Positions 12,600 to 26,233 of a stretch of DNA of 64,000 nt are shown here, one piece after another; within the stretch, counting starts at the first letter, position 1; every line of letters begins with the position of its first letter. Below the pieces are notes generated by a model. It ran no database searches. It was not told the origin of the DNA and was given only the letters and a program-made list of their open reading frames with translations. This DNA comes from Amphiscolops sp. MND2022 (taxonomy: Eukaryota), in NCBI GenBank assembly GCA_964187785.1, contig OZ076409.1:83330001-83394000 (forward strand), read 5' to 3'. Both the position numbers and the translations under genes were made by a program.

Positions 12600-14150
12600 T
12601 TACAGGAGTTCCGTAATTAGGTGTTCGGGGATTAATATCTGATAATGAGTGACTTGTCTGCATTCCCCATGGTATTTCCTCATCAGTACGCCGTCGTTGA
12701 CTATTAGTCTATTTTCGTGGACTAAGAGGCGCTTTGCATTCGGGTCCGTCTGTAAGAGGTGTTTGTTATATTCTTCACATATCAGTTTCCTTTTGATTGC
12801 TTTGAAGACTATATCTGTGTCTTGTTCGAACCTAATACGTGCGTCTTCTTTTATTGCCGCAAAGGTATATGATGCCTTGTTCATTGGAATTGGGTTTGTT
12901 TCTTTGATAGTCAATTTTATTTTTGTCGTGTATTCGTCTTGCGCATTTTGTCTTGCTTGTTTTTTTTGTAGCAGGATTTTTTCCTCGGTTTCGATAGTTT
13001 CTTCCGAAAGAAGGAAATGTTGCTCTTCGTCTGCGACGTCTGTTGTTAATAGATTGACTCGTTTTGGTCGGATCGTGATGTCGTTTCTGATTTTTAGTTC
13101 AACTCTTTCCTTGGGGTTGAGGTCGATCCTAGATAGGAAATCAGCCGCTGTATTTCGCGTTCCCGCTACGTGCATGATGTGGAAGTTGAACTGTAGTACG
13201 TAATCGCAGGCATTCCCACAGAGTTGTTTCCCACAGTAAATGGCTGTATTCTAGGTTTGCGTGGTATATTGCCAAGAAGTCTTTGCAATAAATTGACATT
13301 TTCAGTTGAGCTGGGGAAAACACTTTTGATCCAAATGCTACAAGGGCGAAAGTTTTCTTTTTGGCATTGAGTTTTTTATCGTTGTCTTATCTTTTATGAT
13401 CATCTTCTACGATCATTAGCGCATACCCTGAGGCGCGGAAGCTGACATCCGTCATTAGGACCTATTGGCGTCCTGTGATTGGTTGTTTGAGGGCAAACCT
13501 GCATGCTTCCGCTAGTAATGCGTTGATTGTTTTGTAGTTGCCGAGTCTTCTTCTGTTACTTTGGTTTGTTTAACTGCTTTCAGGAGTTCGTAAAAATAGA
13601 GCAATCTTTCTGACAGCCGCGGGATGTAGTTGCGGTAATAGTTGGCAAACCTATATATCTTTGTACTTGCTTCTTCAATTTCGGGAATCTTACGTTTGCT
13701 AAGAATTTTTGAATTTTGTGGTCCTGGGGGGCAATTAGTTGTGGTGTAATGGTTCTCCCAAGGAATTCAACTTCAGTCACTCCGAAATGGCGTTTTTCAA
13801 TTGTTAGTTCAGCTCCTGATTGTCTGATGCATTCAAAGGCTGTGCGTATGTTGCGCATCAAATACGCGAATGAGTTGGCGACTATTCCAATATCATCCAC
13901 ATGTTGCGCACATTGGTCAGCTTTAATCACTTTGTCTAAATACTTCCTCATTAAACTTGAGAATGCGGATAGTGCTCGGCTCAATTCCTGTGCAAGCCTT
14001 TTGTATGTGAACGTCCTGTTTGCGAAGTTGAAAGCTAGCATTTCAATTGATCTTTGGTCTGCCATTTGTAAGCAGTGATATGCCTGTGAGCAATCTAATT
14101 TGCAAAACAGTTTCTTCCAGCTAGGTGTTGCGCTGCATCTGACTGCAAGA
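12600..14150 (-). pseudogene. pol: Ty3/gypsy pol fragment (RT palm, RNase H, start of integrase)
   Basis: QHVDDIG (degenerate YVDD), VEFLGRTI, HVAGTRNTAADFLSR and HYQILIPEHL. Many frameshifts. Confidence 0.85.
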
Positions 14151-14928
14151 TATTTTGAATAGACTCCAAGGATGGATATTGGATTAGGGACAAAATAACA
14201 TTTACAAACATCAACATATAAATCAACGCATTAGTAGTAGTTTTGGTATGTTGCGACAATTGCGACAAGCCTACAAACTAGAGAGCATCACATTCAATCA
14301 GCCGCATCTTTTGGTGATGATTTACAATAAGTTTACGAGTTAACTAACGACATGTTCGCGCAATTATAGCCAAAGTTAAAGATCTGAAGCACACATTTAA
14401 AGGATTGAGTATAAAAGTACAAGCATATGAAAATATGTTTCCAGTATAAAATACGTTTAGCTTGTGTCAACTTCAATAATAAACTGTGACTTTCACTCAT
14501 ATACTGCGGAGTTGCTCATTTAAATTGATTTCTTGAACGCTTTCAGATTAGCAATAACTTGTCTGACGGAAGGTCGACGCAATGTCCAAATTCCATTCCA
14601 GTTAGAATAAGCGTACTTTACACATAATCTTTGAACCAGATTCAGCAGCAAAGTATTCATTTTATGATTTTAGGTGGATTAGAACATCTATTTTGATGGA
14701 TTTGTGACGTAGTGTTGACAAGTTTTCCCGACCAATTTGGCAGATTTACCTAGTTCATCTAATTTCATAAACTTGTCAACGTCATGTTGACAAGTTTTTC
14801 TGGCAGAATTAGGATTTTGACTAGTTTGACGCCATTCCGACGAGTATCTAAGCGAGTTACTAGCTAGTTGCCAAGGCCGTGCCTTCACATTGGCGGATAA
14901 TTGGAATGATTGAGTAAAATTGATGATT

Positions 14929-15740
14929 GAGTGTTTAGAGACCAAATTTTCATCACTTTTACATCCGTTGTTTCAAATTGGAGTTTCTCATCAAGAAACC
15001 ATCGGTTTTCCATCGTAAGGTAAAAACGAGTGTTTAGAGACCAAAATGTCATCGCTTTTACATCCGTTGTTTCAAATTGGAGTTTCTCATCAAGAAACCA
15101 TCGGTTTTCCATCGTAACGTGAAAACGAGAGTTCAGAGACCAAAAGTTCATCACTTTTACATCCGTTGTTTCAAATTGGAGTTTCTCATCAAGAAACCAT
15201 CAGTTTTCCATCGTAAGGTAAAAAAGAGTGTTTAAAGACCAAAAATTCATCGCTTTCACATCCTGTGTTTCAAATTGGAGATTCTCATCAAGAAACAATC
15301 GGTTTTCCATCGTTAGGTAAAAACGAGTGTTCAGAGACCAAAAGTTTATCGCTTTTACATCCGTTCTTTCAAATTGGAATTTCTCATCAAGAAACCATCG
15401 GTTTTCCATCGTAAGGTGACAACGAGTGTTTAGAGACCAAAAATTCATCGCTTTCACATCCTGTGTTTCAAATTGGAGATTCTCATCAAGAAACCATCGG
15501 TTTTCCATCGTAAGGTAAAAACGACTGTTCAGAGACCAAAAATTCATCGCTTTTACATCCGTTGTTTCAAATTAGAACTTCTTATCGAGAAACCATTAGT
15601 TTTCCATCGTAAGGTGAGAACGAGTGTTTAGAGATCAGAAATTCATCGTTTTTTACATCGGTTGTTTCAAATTATAGTTTTTCATCAAGAAACCATTGGA
15701 GTTCCATCGTTAAAAACGAGTGTCTAGAGACCAACATTTC
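14929..15740. repeat. 99-bp tandem repeat, about 8 copies
   Basis: Unit GAGTGTTTAGAGACCAAA...CATCGTAAGGTAAAAAC starts at 14929, 15028, 15127 and onward. This explains the 33-aa periodic minus-strand ORFs. A partial isolated copy lies at ~12527-12598. Confidence 0.95.
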
Positions 15741-15797
15741 ACCCTACGATGGAAAACCGATGATTTGTTGATGAGGAGTTCCAATCCAAAGAAAACC

Positions 15798-16018
15798 GAT
15801 GTGAAAACGATGAAAAGGCTATAGGAAAATTTAATTTGAGAAGAGGTGATGTAAAAACGATGAAAACACTGTTGGAAAACTTATACTGAGAAGAGGCGAC
15901 GTAAAAACGATGAAAAGTCTATGGGAAAATTTAATCTGAGAAGAGGCGATGTAAACACAATGAAAAGACTATGGGAAAATTTAATCTGAGGAATACCGAT
16001 GTGAAAACGATGAACATT
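15798..16018. repeat. 50-bp tandem repeat, about 4.4 copies
   Basis: GATGTAAAAACGATGAAAAG...ATGGGAAAATTTAATCTGAGAAGAGGC units at 15798, 15848, 15898, 15948 and 15998. Confidence 0.9.
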
Positions 16019-16130
16019 TGTTATTTAATCAAGGGCCGCGATGGGGAAAACTCCCATATGCACCACAGTCAGTTACAACTACCTAATAAAACATTATCGC
16101 TATATAAGCAAGCTAATGTTACAGTATTTC

Positions 16131-16206
16131 GCCTCCCGATGGCCGAGTGGTTAGTGTGCTCGGCCATCATTTAAACTGGCGAAGTTTGAGTCCCAGGTGG
16201 GACTCA
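16131..16206 (+). mobile_element. tRNA-derived SINE head / tRNA pseudogene
   Basis: A box TGGCCGAGTGG (16140-16150) and B box GTTTGAGTCC (16184-16193) at tRNA spacing. TCCC/GGGA acceptor-like pairing, but no intact cloverleaf. Confidence 0.6.
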
Positions 16207-16835
16207 TAGTCTTTGGTAAAAACTAAAATTCTATTTTGCTAGCCTTCCCATCCCCGTCGATGTGTTGTATGGATATAAACCAAACTTCTCCCGTTGAGTT
16301 TTCAAATGTTAAAGACAGTTTATTTGAGTTCGTTTTATATCATTGTATTTTCATTTCATTTGTGCTGTTTATTGTCATAATCATATATCCAATATTGGAC
16401 ATTGGAGAAAAATATCACTAATTTACACACTTTGCCAAAGTGAATTCCACTCAAATTGTGCACCAGGTTAGAAAAAAATGATGAATGCTTCAGAGTGGAA
16501 AACAGCCAATGTTATCACTAACTTACACACTTTGTTTGTTTTTCACTTTGAAAGTGAGTTCCAGTCAAATTTTGTACCAGGTTAATGTGTAAAACAATCA
16601 ACTTCCGTCTTCATGTGTGAAGTGGAAACCAGTCAAAGTACGTAATTGTAGAGAGTGTAAAGTAGTCATTTACTGTATTTTGATCACTACGCGTAACGCC
16701 AAATCACACAGTGTAACGAGCAAAACTCGTAACGCGTATCTAAAAGAAGAACGCGTTTTTATTGGCTGTTAATCGAACTAGCAAGATCTTGCTAGTTCGT
16801 TGCGGCATATGTATGGTAATGGTGATACGTTGTAT

Positions 16836-18298
16836 TGTAGCAGGATTTTTTCCTCGGTTTCGATAGTTTCTTCCGGAAGAAGGAAATGTTGCTCTTCGTC
16901 TGCGACGTCTGTTGATTGTAGATTGACTTGTATTGGTCGGGTCGTGATGTCGTTTCTGATTTTTAGTTCGGGTCTGAGTGTAAGAGATGTTTGTCATATT
17001 CTTCACATATCAGTTTCCATTTGATTGCTTTGAAGACTATATCTGTGTCTTGTTCAAATCTGATACGTGCGTCTTCTTCTATTGCCTCAAAGTTATATGA
17101 TGCCTTGTTCATTGGAATTGGGGTTGTATCTTCGATAGTCACTTTTAATTTTGTCGTGTCTTCGACGAGCAAATTTTGTCTTGCTTGTTCCTTTTGTAGC
17201 AGGATTTCTTCCTCGGTTTCGATAGTTTCTTCCGGAAGAAGGAAATGTTGCTCTTCGTCTGCGACGTCTGTTGTTAATAGATTGACTCGTATTGGTCGGA
17301 TCGTGATGTCGTTTCTGATTTTTAGTTCAACTCTTTCCTTGGGGTTGAGGTCGATCCTAGATAGAAAATCAGCCGCTGTATTTCGCGTTCCCGCTACGTG
17401 CATGATGTGGAAGTTGAACTGTAGTACGTAATTGCAGGCATTTCCACACAGTTGTTTCCCACAGTAAATAGCTGTATTCTAGGAATGCGTGGTATATCGT
17501 CAAGAAGTCTTTGCCATAAATTGACATTTTCAGTTGAGCTGGGGAAAACACTCTTGATCCAAATGCTACAAGGGCGAAAGTTTTTTTTGGCATCGAGTTT
17601 TTTATCGTTGTCTTCTTCAATCATTAGCGCTTACCCTGAGGCGCGGAAGCTGACATCCGTCATTAGGACCTATTGGCGTCCTGTGATTAGTTGTTTGAGG
17701 GCCAATCTGCATGCTTCTGCTAGTAATGCGTTGATTGTTATGTAGTTGTTTAGTCTTCTTCTGTTACCTTGGTTTGTTTATCTGCTTTCAGGAGTTCGTA
17801 AAAATCGAGCAATCTTTCTGACAGCCGCGGGATGTAGTTGCGTTAATAGTTGACAAACCTATATATCTTTGTACTTGCTTCTTCAATTTCGGGAATCTTA
17901 CGTTTGCTAAGAATTTTTGAATTTTGTGGTCCTGGGAGGCAATTCGTTGTGGTGTAATGATTCTCCCAAAGAATTCAACTTCAGTCACTCCGAAATGGCG
18001 TTTTTCAATTGTTAGTTCAAGTCCTGCTTGTCTGATGCATTCAAAGGCTGTGCGTATGTTGCGCATCAATTACGCGACTGAGTTGGCGGCTATTCCATGA
18101 TCATCCACATGTTGCGCACATTGGTCAGCTTTAATCACTTTGTCTAAATACTCCCTCATTAAACTTGAGAATGCGGATAGTGCTCGGCTCAATTCCTGTG
18201 CTAGTCTTTTGTATGTGAACGTCCTGTTTGCGAAGTTGAAAGCTAGCATTTCAATTGATCTTTGGTCTGCAATTTGTAAGCAGTGATCTGCCTGTGAG
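16836..18298 (-). pseudogene. pol: Second, diverged copy of the gypsy RT-RNase H fragment, with an internal ~130-bp duplication
   Basis: Near-identical translations to the 12750-14090 region (e.g. MHVAGTRNTAADFLSRIDLNPKERVELK). 16836-16968 repeats 17195-17330. Confidence 0.9.
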
Positions 18299-18336
18299 AG
18301 ATATGCCAGTGATATGCCTGTGAGACGCTTCACATT

Positions 18337-18598
18337 CCAGCGTGCACGGAAGTCAACTCGAGTGTGCCCTTATGACGATGGTCAATTGTCTGATTGAACT
18401 GTTGCGTTCGGGAGGAAGTTATACTCTCTTGCGGAGATGGTGGGGAAGTTTTCGGGCGACTTTGGGCCGTGAGAATCCCCTCTACAGTTTCAATTGGAGT
18501 GCTGAGTTGTTGATTAGTGTCTGGTTTTATGTTTTTCTCCTTTTCAACGTTTTAATTTGTGGTCGTTGTTTATGGGTTTTGAGCCGTGCCATCTTTGT
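18337..18598 (+). repeat. Duplicate of 8364-8628 (zinc-finger gene segment), cut by an assembly gap
   Basis: Direct nucleotide match CCAGCGTGCACG...GCCATCTTTGT. Confidence 0.9.
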
Positions 18599-18798
18599 NN
18601 NNNNNNNNNNNNNNNNNNNNNNNNNNNNNNNNNNNNNNNNNNNNNNNNNNNNNNNNNNNNNNNNNNNNNNNNNNNNNNNNNNNNNNNNNNNNNNNNNNNN
18701 NNNNNNNNNNNNNNNNNNNNNNNNNNNNNNNNNNNNNNNNNNNNNNNNNNNNNNNNNNNNNNNNNNNNNNNNNNNNNNNNNNNNNNNNNNNNNNNNNN
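18599..18798. other. Assembly gap (200 N)
   Basis: Run of N. Confidence 1.
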
Positions 18799-21700
18799 AA
18801 TGAAGTTGTTGATTTCCAAATCAAAAATGAGTGACTTCAGAAGGAGAGAATGTGTGAATAAAGTTTGTATCTAATTTCTGAATACTAAACAGTCATCCTG
18901 AGAATAAATCAAAACTAAAGGTTTCTGGTCTATTTCTTTTTTTTTTCTAATATTTTCCCTAATTTCTCAAAAAACCTTAGTGGTGCTAGTGGGAGTGTGG
19001 TAAAAGAAAAGGGCGATTTTTTCATGTAACTTTTTCTCCAACAACCTTTTCTCGGTGCTAGCAAGAAATATCTCTGGCGCTAACATCTTAACATTTTTTC
19101 TAGTTTTTATTCAATGTCAGAGACTAAAAATAGCTCTTCCAAAAGTTGCCTTCAAAGCAGTTCTTGTATTTTAAAGTGTGCGGCCATGGATTTTTAAAAT
19201 CTGGCGGTCCACTGTGATAGTGGCTGGCATGAGTATCGCGGCTTTTAACTGATACCTGGGTCTTTGCCCTTAGTGTTTCGTTTTTGTGCAGGCCACGATT
19301 TTGTGACGTCTCTCCTCAACATGTTGACCTACTTGGCACAAAATTAATGACAGCGACCTATTTCATCTGAGAAAAAAAAACAAAAGATTATAGGCAAACA
19401 GCGAACAATCGTTTAAAACTGTTTTAAACATATTTCATCCTTTAAATCATAAATATGTACAAATATTCGTGGACTCATTCTTTCCGTTCATATTTTCTGA
19501 TATTTTTCAAACAAGACGCCCGCTGACCTGCAGGGTATTTTCCGTCAAAACTGTTCTAGCAATGTCATAATTTTGAGACTCAAGAGTAGCCATTGCACAA
19601 TGAAACCGCATAGAAGTTTGATGAAAAAGTTTGACATTTTTTGAATAATGTCATGCCATTTCAAAAGGGAACACTTCAACGACACACCAAACACTTATTT
19701 GTTTCTTTTTGTTGACTTGCGTGTTTATCAAAACCTAATCAATCGTTTTTTATAATTTTGCGCGAAGTCACCAATAACTGCAAAATTAGGAAAACTTTGC
19801 TTTTTCGACAAATTTGCGGGCATTTGAGGAACTTTTCTCGGAAACTTTAGATATCTTTTCAAAAACGCCTATTGGATAACGGGTCCAGTTGTTCCTGAAT
19901 TACAAAAGTGCTTGAAAGGCTTACAAAAAAGTTTATCAAAATTTCAAAAACGAAAATTGGATTTTTCAACTATTTTGAGTCGTTCTGACGAACGTTTCAC
20001 ATACAAAATTGTAAGTTCATATTTTTAAACATTCTGCATCCCTATTTAAACAATAGACTTCAAGAGTATTACGGAAGTTTGATAACTTTTGTTAAAAATT
20101 CACTAATTTGTCAAACAACTGCCAAATTTTTTTTACTATTTCGGTGTCATTTTGAGGCTCTTTTCTAACGCCAAACTGCAATTGACCATCAAAAAGCCTA
20201 CTGGATAACGCATTCGTTCGCTGTTGAAGGTTTTCATTCTTCCAACGATGGAAACTTCTCAAAAAATTCAGAACTTTGGAAAAGAAAAATTGTAATTTGG
20301 ATTTGTTTCTCAATTCCGATTCATAAGGGTCATTTTTGAAGTGATTTTGAAGCAAAATATTGCAATTCTCTTCAAAATAGCACACTGCATAGCTAGTTTG
20401 TTGGTTTCCGAGTATTTTGAATTTTCTTAGTCACAAAAAGTTTCAAAAACTGTACAAAAACTGCAGGAAAAACGACAATATGTAAAGATTTGGGTTTTGA
20501 ATTTTGGGGTGAAATTCAGGCATATTTCTTGTGATAACGTGCATTTATGTTTTCAGAATGATTACCGGACAAAATTTTCAAATGCTTATTTATTGTTTCA
20601 AAATTCTAATTCTAAATCAAATCTTTTAAATATTCGAAAAAAATGGGTTACCTAGAAACCTACAAAGTTTTACTTCAACAGACGTACTGTGTAACGGCAT
20701 CCTATCATCAACAAAATTTTGCCCCTTTTTGAAAAATTCGTCCAACTCCGACGTGGCACCCAAACATGATTTTGGCGAAGTATTTTTCAACAGAAATCGT
20801 TGTAAGACGGTGAGAGAAGCAGCCGCGCGAAAGAACGCCAAACGATCGCGAGTATTGACAGTGAAACAAACAAAAACAAGTCAAAACCACAGTGTTTGCC
20901 CGCAGAAATACAGGTTTTTGCAGTGCTGAACTCAGAAACATCTTGAAAGCCTGAGGACTGTACTCGTGCCCAGGGGTTGAGCCCAGCTCGAGCGCTGGTG
21001 CCGTGCCGTCCCATTATCCACAGCGTTTGCCGACCTGGACTCTGTTATCGTCATTCGTGTGCTTTTCGTGTATTTAGATTATAATATGCTCGAGTGCTAT
21101 TTCAAGTTCATGTTGCATTTACTCAGATTCCCAGTGGAGAAAATCAGTTATTTACAACCTCGCCGTTTTCACAAGCTATCTACGCGGTGGTTGCGAATCC
21201 CAGAGCAATGCTCGTGATTTCTAGTAATTACAGACTGGCATCAGTCCAGAGAGCGTCCTTCTCCTCTGCACCGGCTATCATTAGGAGGACAAAGTGAGAT
21301 GATGTCATGGTGGTTTGTCTCGCACCCTATCCATGGTACAAGTTCCTCCACTGTATAGTCACGTCACAAACGCGTAGCGCTTGCCGTTACATAGAACCTC
21401 CTGTTTGGCAACTTCAGAGGAATCGTCTCTGGAAGCTTTCTTGAATGATTTTTAAAAGATATGGCCCACCGGTGTCCAGCGCCAAGATAGTTTAGACTCT
21501 GTGGAGGAAAGGAGAGACAGAGTTTTGCTTTGTTAAACGACAGCATGTATTCTTGGAAGTTGGAACGGAATGGGCCCAGAAAAAACCAAAAAATCCCGTT
21601 TTCAGATGCGAAAATGGCTTTTTCTGGTATAAAAGATTCTAAATGCGTGGTTTGTGATGTTAAATGTGTGTTAACCCATCAGCGGGTATGTGTTTTGCAG

Positions 21701-24700
21701 GTGGTTGTGACCGTAGTTCGTCGATGTGGCTGTCTAACCGGTTTTTGTAGCTATTTTCAGCTTTTTGAGCCATGCAAGACAGTAGCAAGATGGAAAGCCT
21801 TACTCCACCAGAGCGACGAAGGGGTGAAATGGGGTGTTGCGGTTCGCTTTTTCTCGTTTCTCGAGGAGACGTCTGGGAGGGATGGTTTTTCGTGGACAGC
21901 GAGTGCAAGTGTTGACAGTGCTAATGATCTAAACCACATGTCTGCACCTTGTCTCGATGTGGAGGAATTGCGTGGCGAAGGCATGTCCCCTTTGGCCAGA
22001 AGTGTCGCTCAGATGTGTCATGGTTTGCGAAAATTTTGAATTTGCACTTTTCTCGTGGGGAATTGTTGGTGCAGGTCAGTGACAGTTTTTTTGCAATGTA
22101 ACGACACCTTATGGAACGCTTTTGTGCAAAGAAAACAGATTTTTTTGAAAAAGTTGCAGTTTTTTGAGTTTTTTGGTGTTTTTCTTTGGTTGGAGCGCGA
22201 GTGCTCCGTAAGTCCAACGTAGCTTTGCAGCAAACGTAGCCTCGAGCTACGAGGGAGCCGACAAAAATCAGTATTGAGTTTTGTTGCGGCTCTTTATCGT
22301 AGAAAAGCGTGATTTTTGAAGTGAAAAAGCGCGGAAAGTAGAAGAAAGAAGGAAATGTCACCAAAAACTGCGGGTGCAATCAGGTGTAGACGCCTGAAAA
22401 ACTGATTTGCTGTAATTTCGCGAGCGAAACACAAACTCAGGGCACTGGAAACAAGTGAAAACTTCTATTGCATGTTTTACTACTTCTGGGATAGTTGATA
22501 GGCAAAAAACCTGAAATTTTGGCCGTTTTTGACCATTGTAGAGTGTATTGTTCAAATCTCTACAGTGCAAACCGTTTTCATCACGGAGAGCCTGCGCGCT
22601 CGTTTTCTGTTTTCGTGGAGAAAATAACGTGTGGGAGTAACAACCGTGTGTAAAATTCCCTTTCAGTGCTGAGAAAAGTTTTGAAAAAAACGCACTGGAA
22701 ACAACTTTTTTGACCAAAAACGGACTGTCCATTGGTTAGGGTCGGGTCATTGATTCCCGAACCCTTGATAAAAATTGGTTGCTTTTTCGTAAACACCACT
22801 GAAACAAACTTTAGGGCCGAAAAGTTGGTAAGCGTAGCGCTAAAGAATCATCAGAAAGAACCAAAATTGCCAAAAAAAGCTAAACTGTAGGGCCGTTGGT
22901 GTCTTATACCTTACGAGCACCGCTAATTGAGGGCCTGTGGCAGTGCTGTGACCAGTGGGGCAACACGTTGAGCCTATTTTGCCTGTCGTATCATTTGTAG
23001 TGTCGACCCTCTGGCCAATTTGTGAAAAAAGTACCAAAAAAGACTGTTTTGCTGAGATAGCATCTGCACCAACTCGAAATCCCAGGTAGACTTTCTGGCT
23101 ACCATCGGTTCGTCAAGCTAGCATTGTGGATGCCCACTGGCAGCGCCTATCAAGTTTCGTACCAATCGGGGCAGTATTTGTTGAGAAATTGACGAAAACG
23201 CAATGCCCAAAAAGAGGTGCAAAAAGGGAAAATTTTTGAAACATTTGGAAGTGCCTGAACAAATTAACCAAAAAGTGGGAGCAAATTGCAGCCCATTAGC
23301 GTAATTGGTGCTAGTTGAAGCACTGTTAGCGAGAAATCCGAACCGCTAACTTCAACCGGTGCTTAGAAATTGCGTGATAAGCGTGCATTTTGACCCCTAC
23401 TGATACATAGGTGTATTGCACGTCTGTACCGAGGCGAAACAGTGTACAGGCCTCGGAGCTCAAATCTGTGCTCAATTCAGTGTACATTCGCATGTGTAGG
23501 ATCATCTGGTCCATTTTGAGTCGGATCCAACTTTTGGGTAACAAATACGAGCCTCTCGTTTTTTTTTGCACCTTCCGAAAAAATCTGAGAGTAGTTGTAA
23601 AAGCCTCGTGCTTGCCTCCAGGAAAGTGTAGCCTCAAAATAGGTTCCTTTTCCATATTCGTGGTTTATTACCAACTGCGTAGATGAAATTGAACTCGATA
23701 CGACCCATAGAAATGATTTCGACCCACTGCAGACGTGTATACCGTGTTTTTGACTCAAGTTCTCACCGAAACGACCGGATGTCGCGTATCATCTGGAGGT
23801 CTTCAGTGACACTGCAGGTTGTCCCAGGTCATCCAGAGCGTCCTAGTGAGCGTCGTTAAGTGGTTCTGACCAATTGACTGTTGAGAGCTACGGCGGTGGT
23901 GCTGAATTGAACTTGTCAGTACTATCGGTAACCACATTTGAGGCATTTTTTTGGAAGAATTTGCTTTCATCTTTTCGAAGCGTCACTGACATTCTAAGAC
24001 ACTAAGTCTTTTGAAAAACAGACAAAAATTTCTGTCTTTCTGACAAAAAGAGTTTTTAAAATTTGAAATTTTTGGGATTTTTGTCAATTTCGGTCTACAT
24101 TTGAGACGATTTTTCAGAAGAAATTGCATTTATCTCTTCAAAAAAACCTCTTGGATACCAAGTCCTTTCCTTGTTGAACGTTTTTAATTTTCTATGCTAG
24201 CAAGTGTTTCAAACATTTGACAAAAATTGAATAAAATTGTTGAAAATCTGAACTGACAATTTGACACAAAATTGCAAAACAAACGTTGAACCAAGAAAGT
24301 CCAAAAATCTTTTCAAATACATACCGGATGATACTATTTTTACGTCAGTTGAATTCTTGTAACATCCAGCAGTCGGCGAACAAAAATTACAAAAGATTTC
24401 GATGAAAAATTCGAAATGTGCGATTCAAAATGGCCGATCCGGCAGGTACCGAAAATAGTTAAAGAAGCAGAAAAACGCAAAAAACACCCACCCAGCACGA
24501 GAGAGAACACCCCACCACAGAAGTATCTCCAAAATCGCCGAGCGGTGCCATCTCCCTCGGAAGACGTCCCAGCTACCAGCAGATCCCGAAGAATGGCCCA
24601 AGAGTTGAAGAACTCAGAAGTTGGCATATTTTACATGTGCCACCTAGCATATCAAAGACTAGTTGACACTGTCACCTGATGTTTCCTCAGTCTGTTGTAC

Positions 24701-25769
24701 CGTATTTGTGGTTTTTGCATATATTTGGTGATGTTTGACCCCTATTTTCGTTATTCACCTAATTCGTTATTTTAGACGTTATTCACCTAATTAAAATGTA
24801 CATTAGCTAAACCCCTGTTTTCGGACCTCGGAGGTATGTAGAGTCGCAGGAACGTTAGGAACCTTAGGATACGTTTTTACAGGCTCGTGGGACGTGTCCG
24901 GACTTTGAGCGCGCCGGCACGTCGCCACGGAGCTCTAACTGAGGAGCCTTCTTTGACGTTTGAAAAAGTCCCTTTTAGGAGACCATTTCGGGATTAATAA
25001 CTAATGTCTGCGGCTGTAGTAAGACAACGGTCTCCTGTTTAAGCACCCTAGGCATTATCCCACTTCTATGATGTACTCTGCTAGGTGGACGTTGCATCTA
25101 TGGGTGAAACCCTTTAGCTTGGCTATAAATTTGGTGCTTGGCAAGATTTGTGAAAAAACACGTTTGGTGGTTTACATATTTTCCCCATGTAATATGGACG
25201 GAAAATATCAAAAAGTAATTCAAATTAACATAAAGGTACCGCCATTTTCCCGTTTTTTCATGCAAAAACGTACAGAAGGTATAAACTTTGAGAAGATGTC
25301 CATTTTTTATTTTATTTAATTATTTCTTCATGAGAAAGAAAAGCTACTACCTGTGGGTTGTTTTTTCTAATTTTGCCATGTTCGAATTTTCTAAACGAAG
25401 CCAAATTCAAGTGCCATAAAACTATTTTAGTGGAATATGTGTTTGTAAAATCCAAATTGACGTAAAAATGACGTCAAAATACTTGAAAAATCCAAAATTT
25501 TCCATTTGTTTCGAAAAAGATTGAATTTAATATGAAACACAATCCTGATTTTTTTGTCGGAAACCAGTTGAAGAAACAGAGTGAACAAGTTTCGAAGTCG
25601 TCATGCTAAATCAATCGACACTTCTCTTTTTGAAACTTTCTTTTCATGATGGCAAGATACGGAATGATGCCGAACGAATAGGAAATATTTTCGACTTTCT
25701 CGAGTGAGTGTTAAATGTCCTGCTCATCTGGATCTAAATGACCAAGTAAGTAATGATAAAGGACTTGTT

Positions 25770-26233
25770 GGACTATGTCATCTATTCCCCCCCCAGGTAC
25801 GCCTTGTTGGGAATACACCCCCCCCACACACACACACACACGCGAAAGCACATTTTGTTCTTGAATAAAAATATTTCACTAATAAAAGAATATTATATGA
25901 ATGTAAATACTTGTAGGATTGTTTCTACAACTGTTTGGACCCTCAGGCAAAAAATACCATAATTTTTTGATATTATTGTCCAAAATAGCAGAAATTTACG
26001 TTTCGAACAAGTTAAAATTGTATAGAAAGGCCCCTATTTCAATGCAAACTTTGTCTGCTATAAAATCTAATGAGCAACTTTTAAATGACAGTCAATGTAA
26101 TGGATATGATTATGTCGACATCAATTAATTTATTGGACCAAAATTTCAACGCAAACGATGTCGACATAATGGTATTTGAACCTTCTGTTTTATTTCCCCC
26201 GCCGCAGTTGGGGGGGGATAGATGACATGGTCC
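25770..26233. mobile_element. MITE, Merlin-like
   Basis: TIRs GGACTATGTCATCTATTCCCCC / GGGGGATAGATGACATGGTCC. Flanks GACTTGTT / GACTTTTT form an 8-bp TSD with one mismatch. Confidence 0.7.

Noticed and set aside
14885..15547. 33-aa repeat proteins and a CRISPR-like look of the 99-bp array
   Set aside because: Units are contiguous with no unique spacers, and the ORFs arise because 99 is divisible by 3. The context is eukaryotic with no cas genes.
16131..16206. Functional tRNA gene
   Set aside because: Anticodon and T arms do not pair properly and the B box is mutated; treated as a SINE head.
18342..18874. ORFs containing X runs (also 40153-40437)
   Set aside because: Artefacts of translation through N gaps.
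18800..25600. Long, relatively GC-richer block with many short ORFs on both strands
   Set aside because: It looks like a decayed element, but I could not recognise any motif or termini, so no call is made. A profile search is needed.
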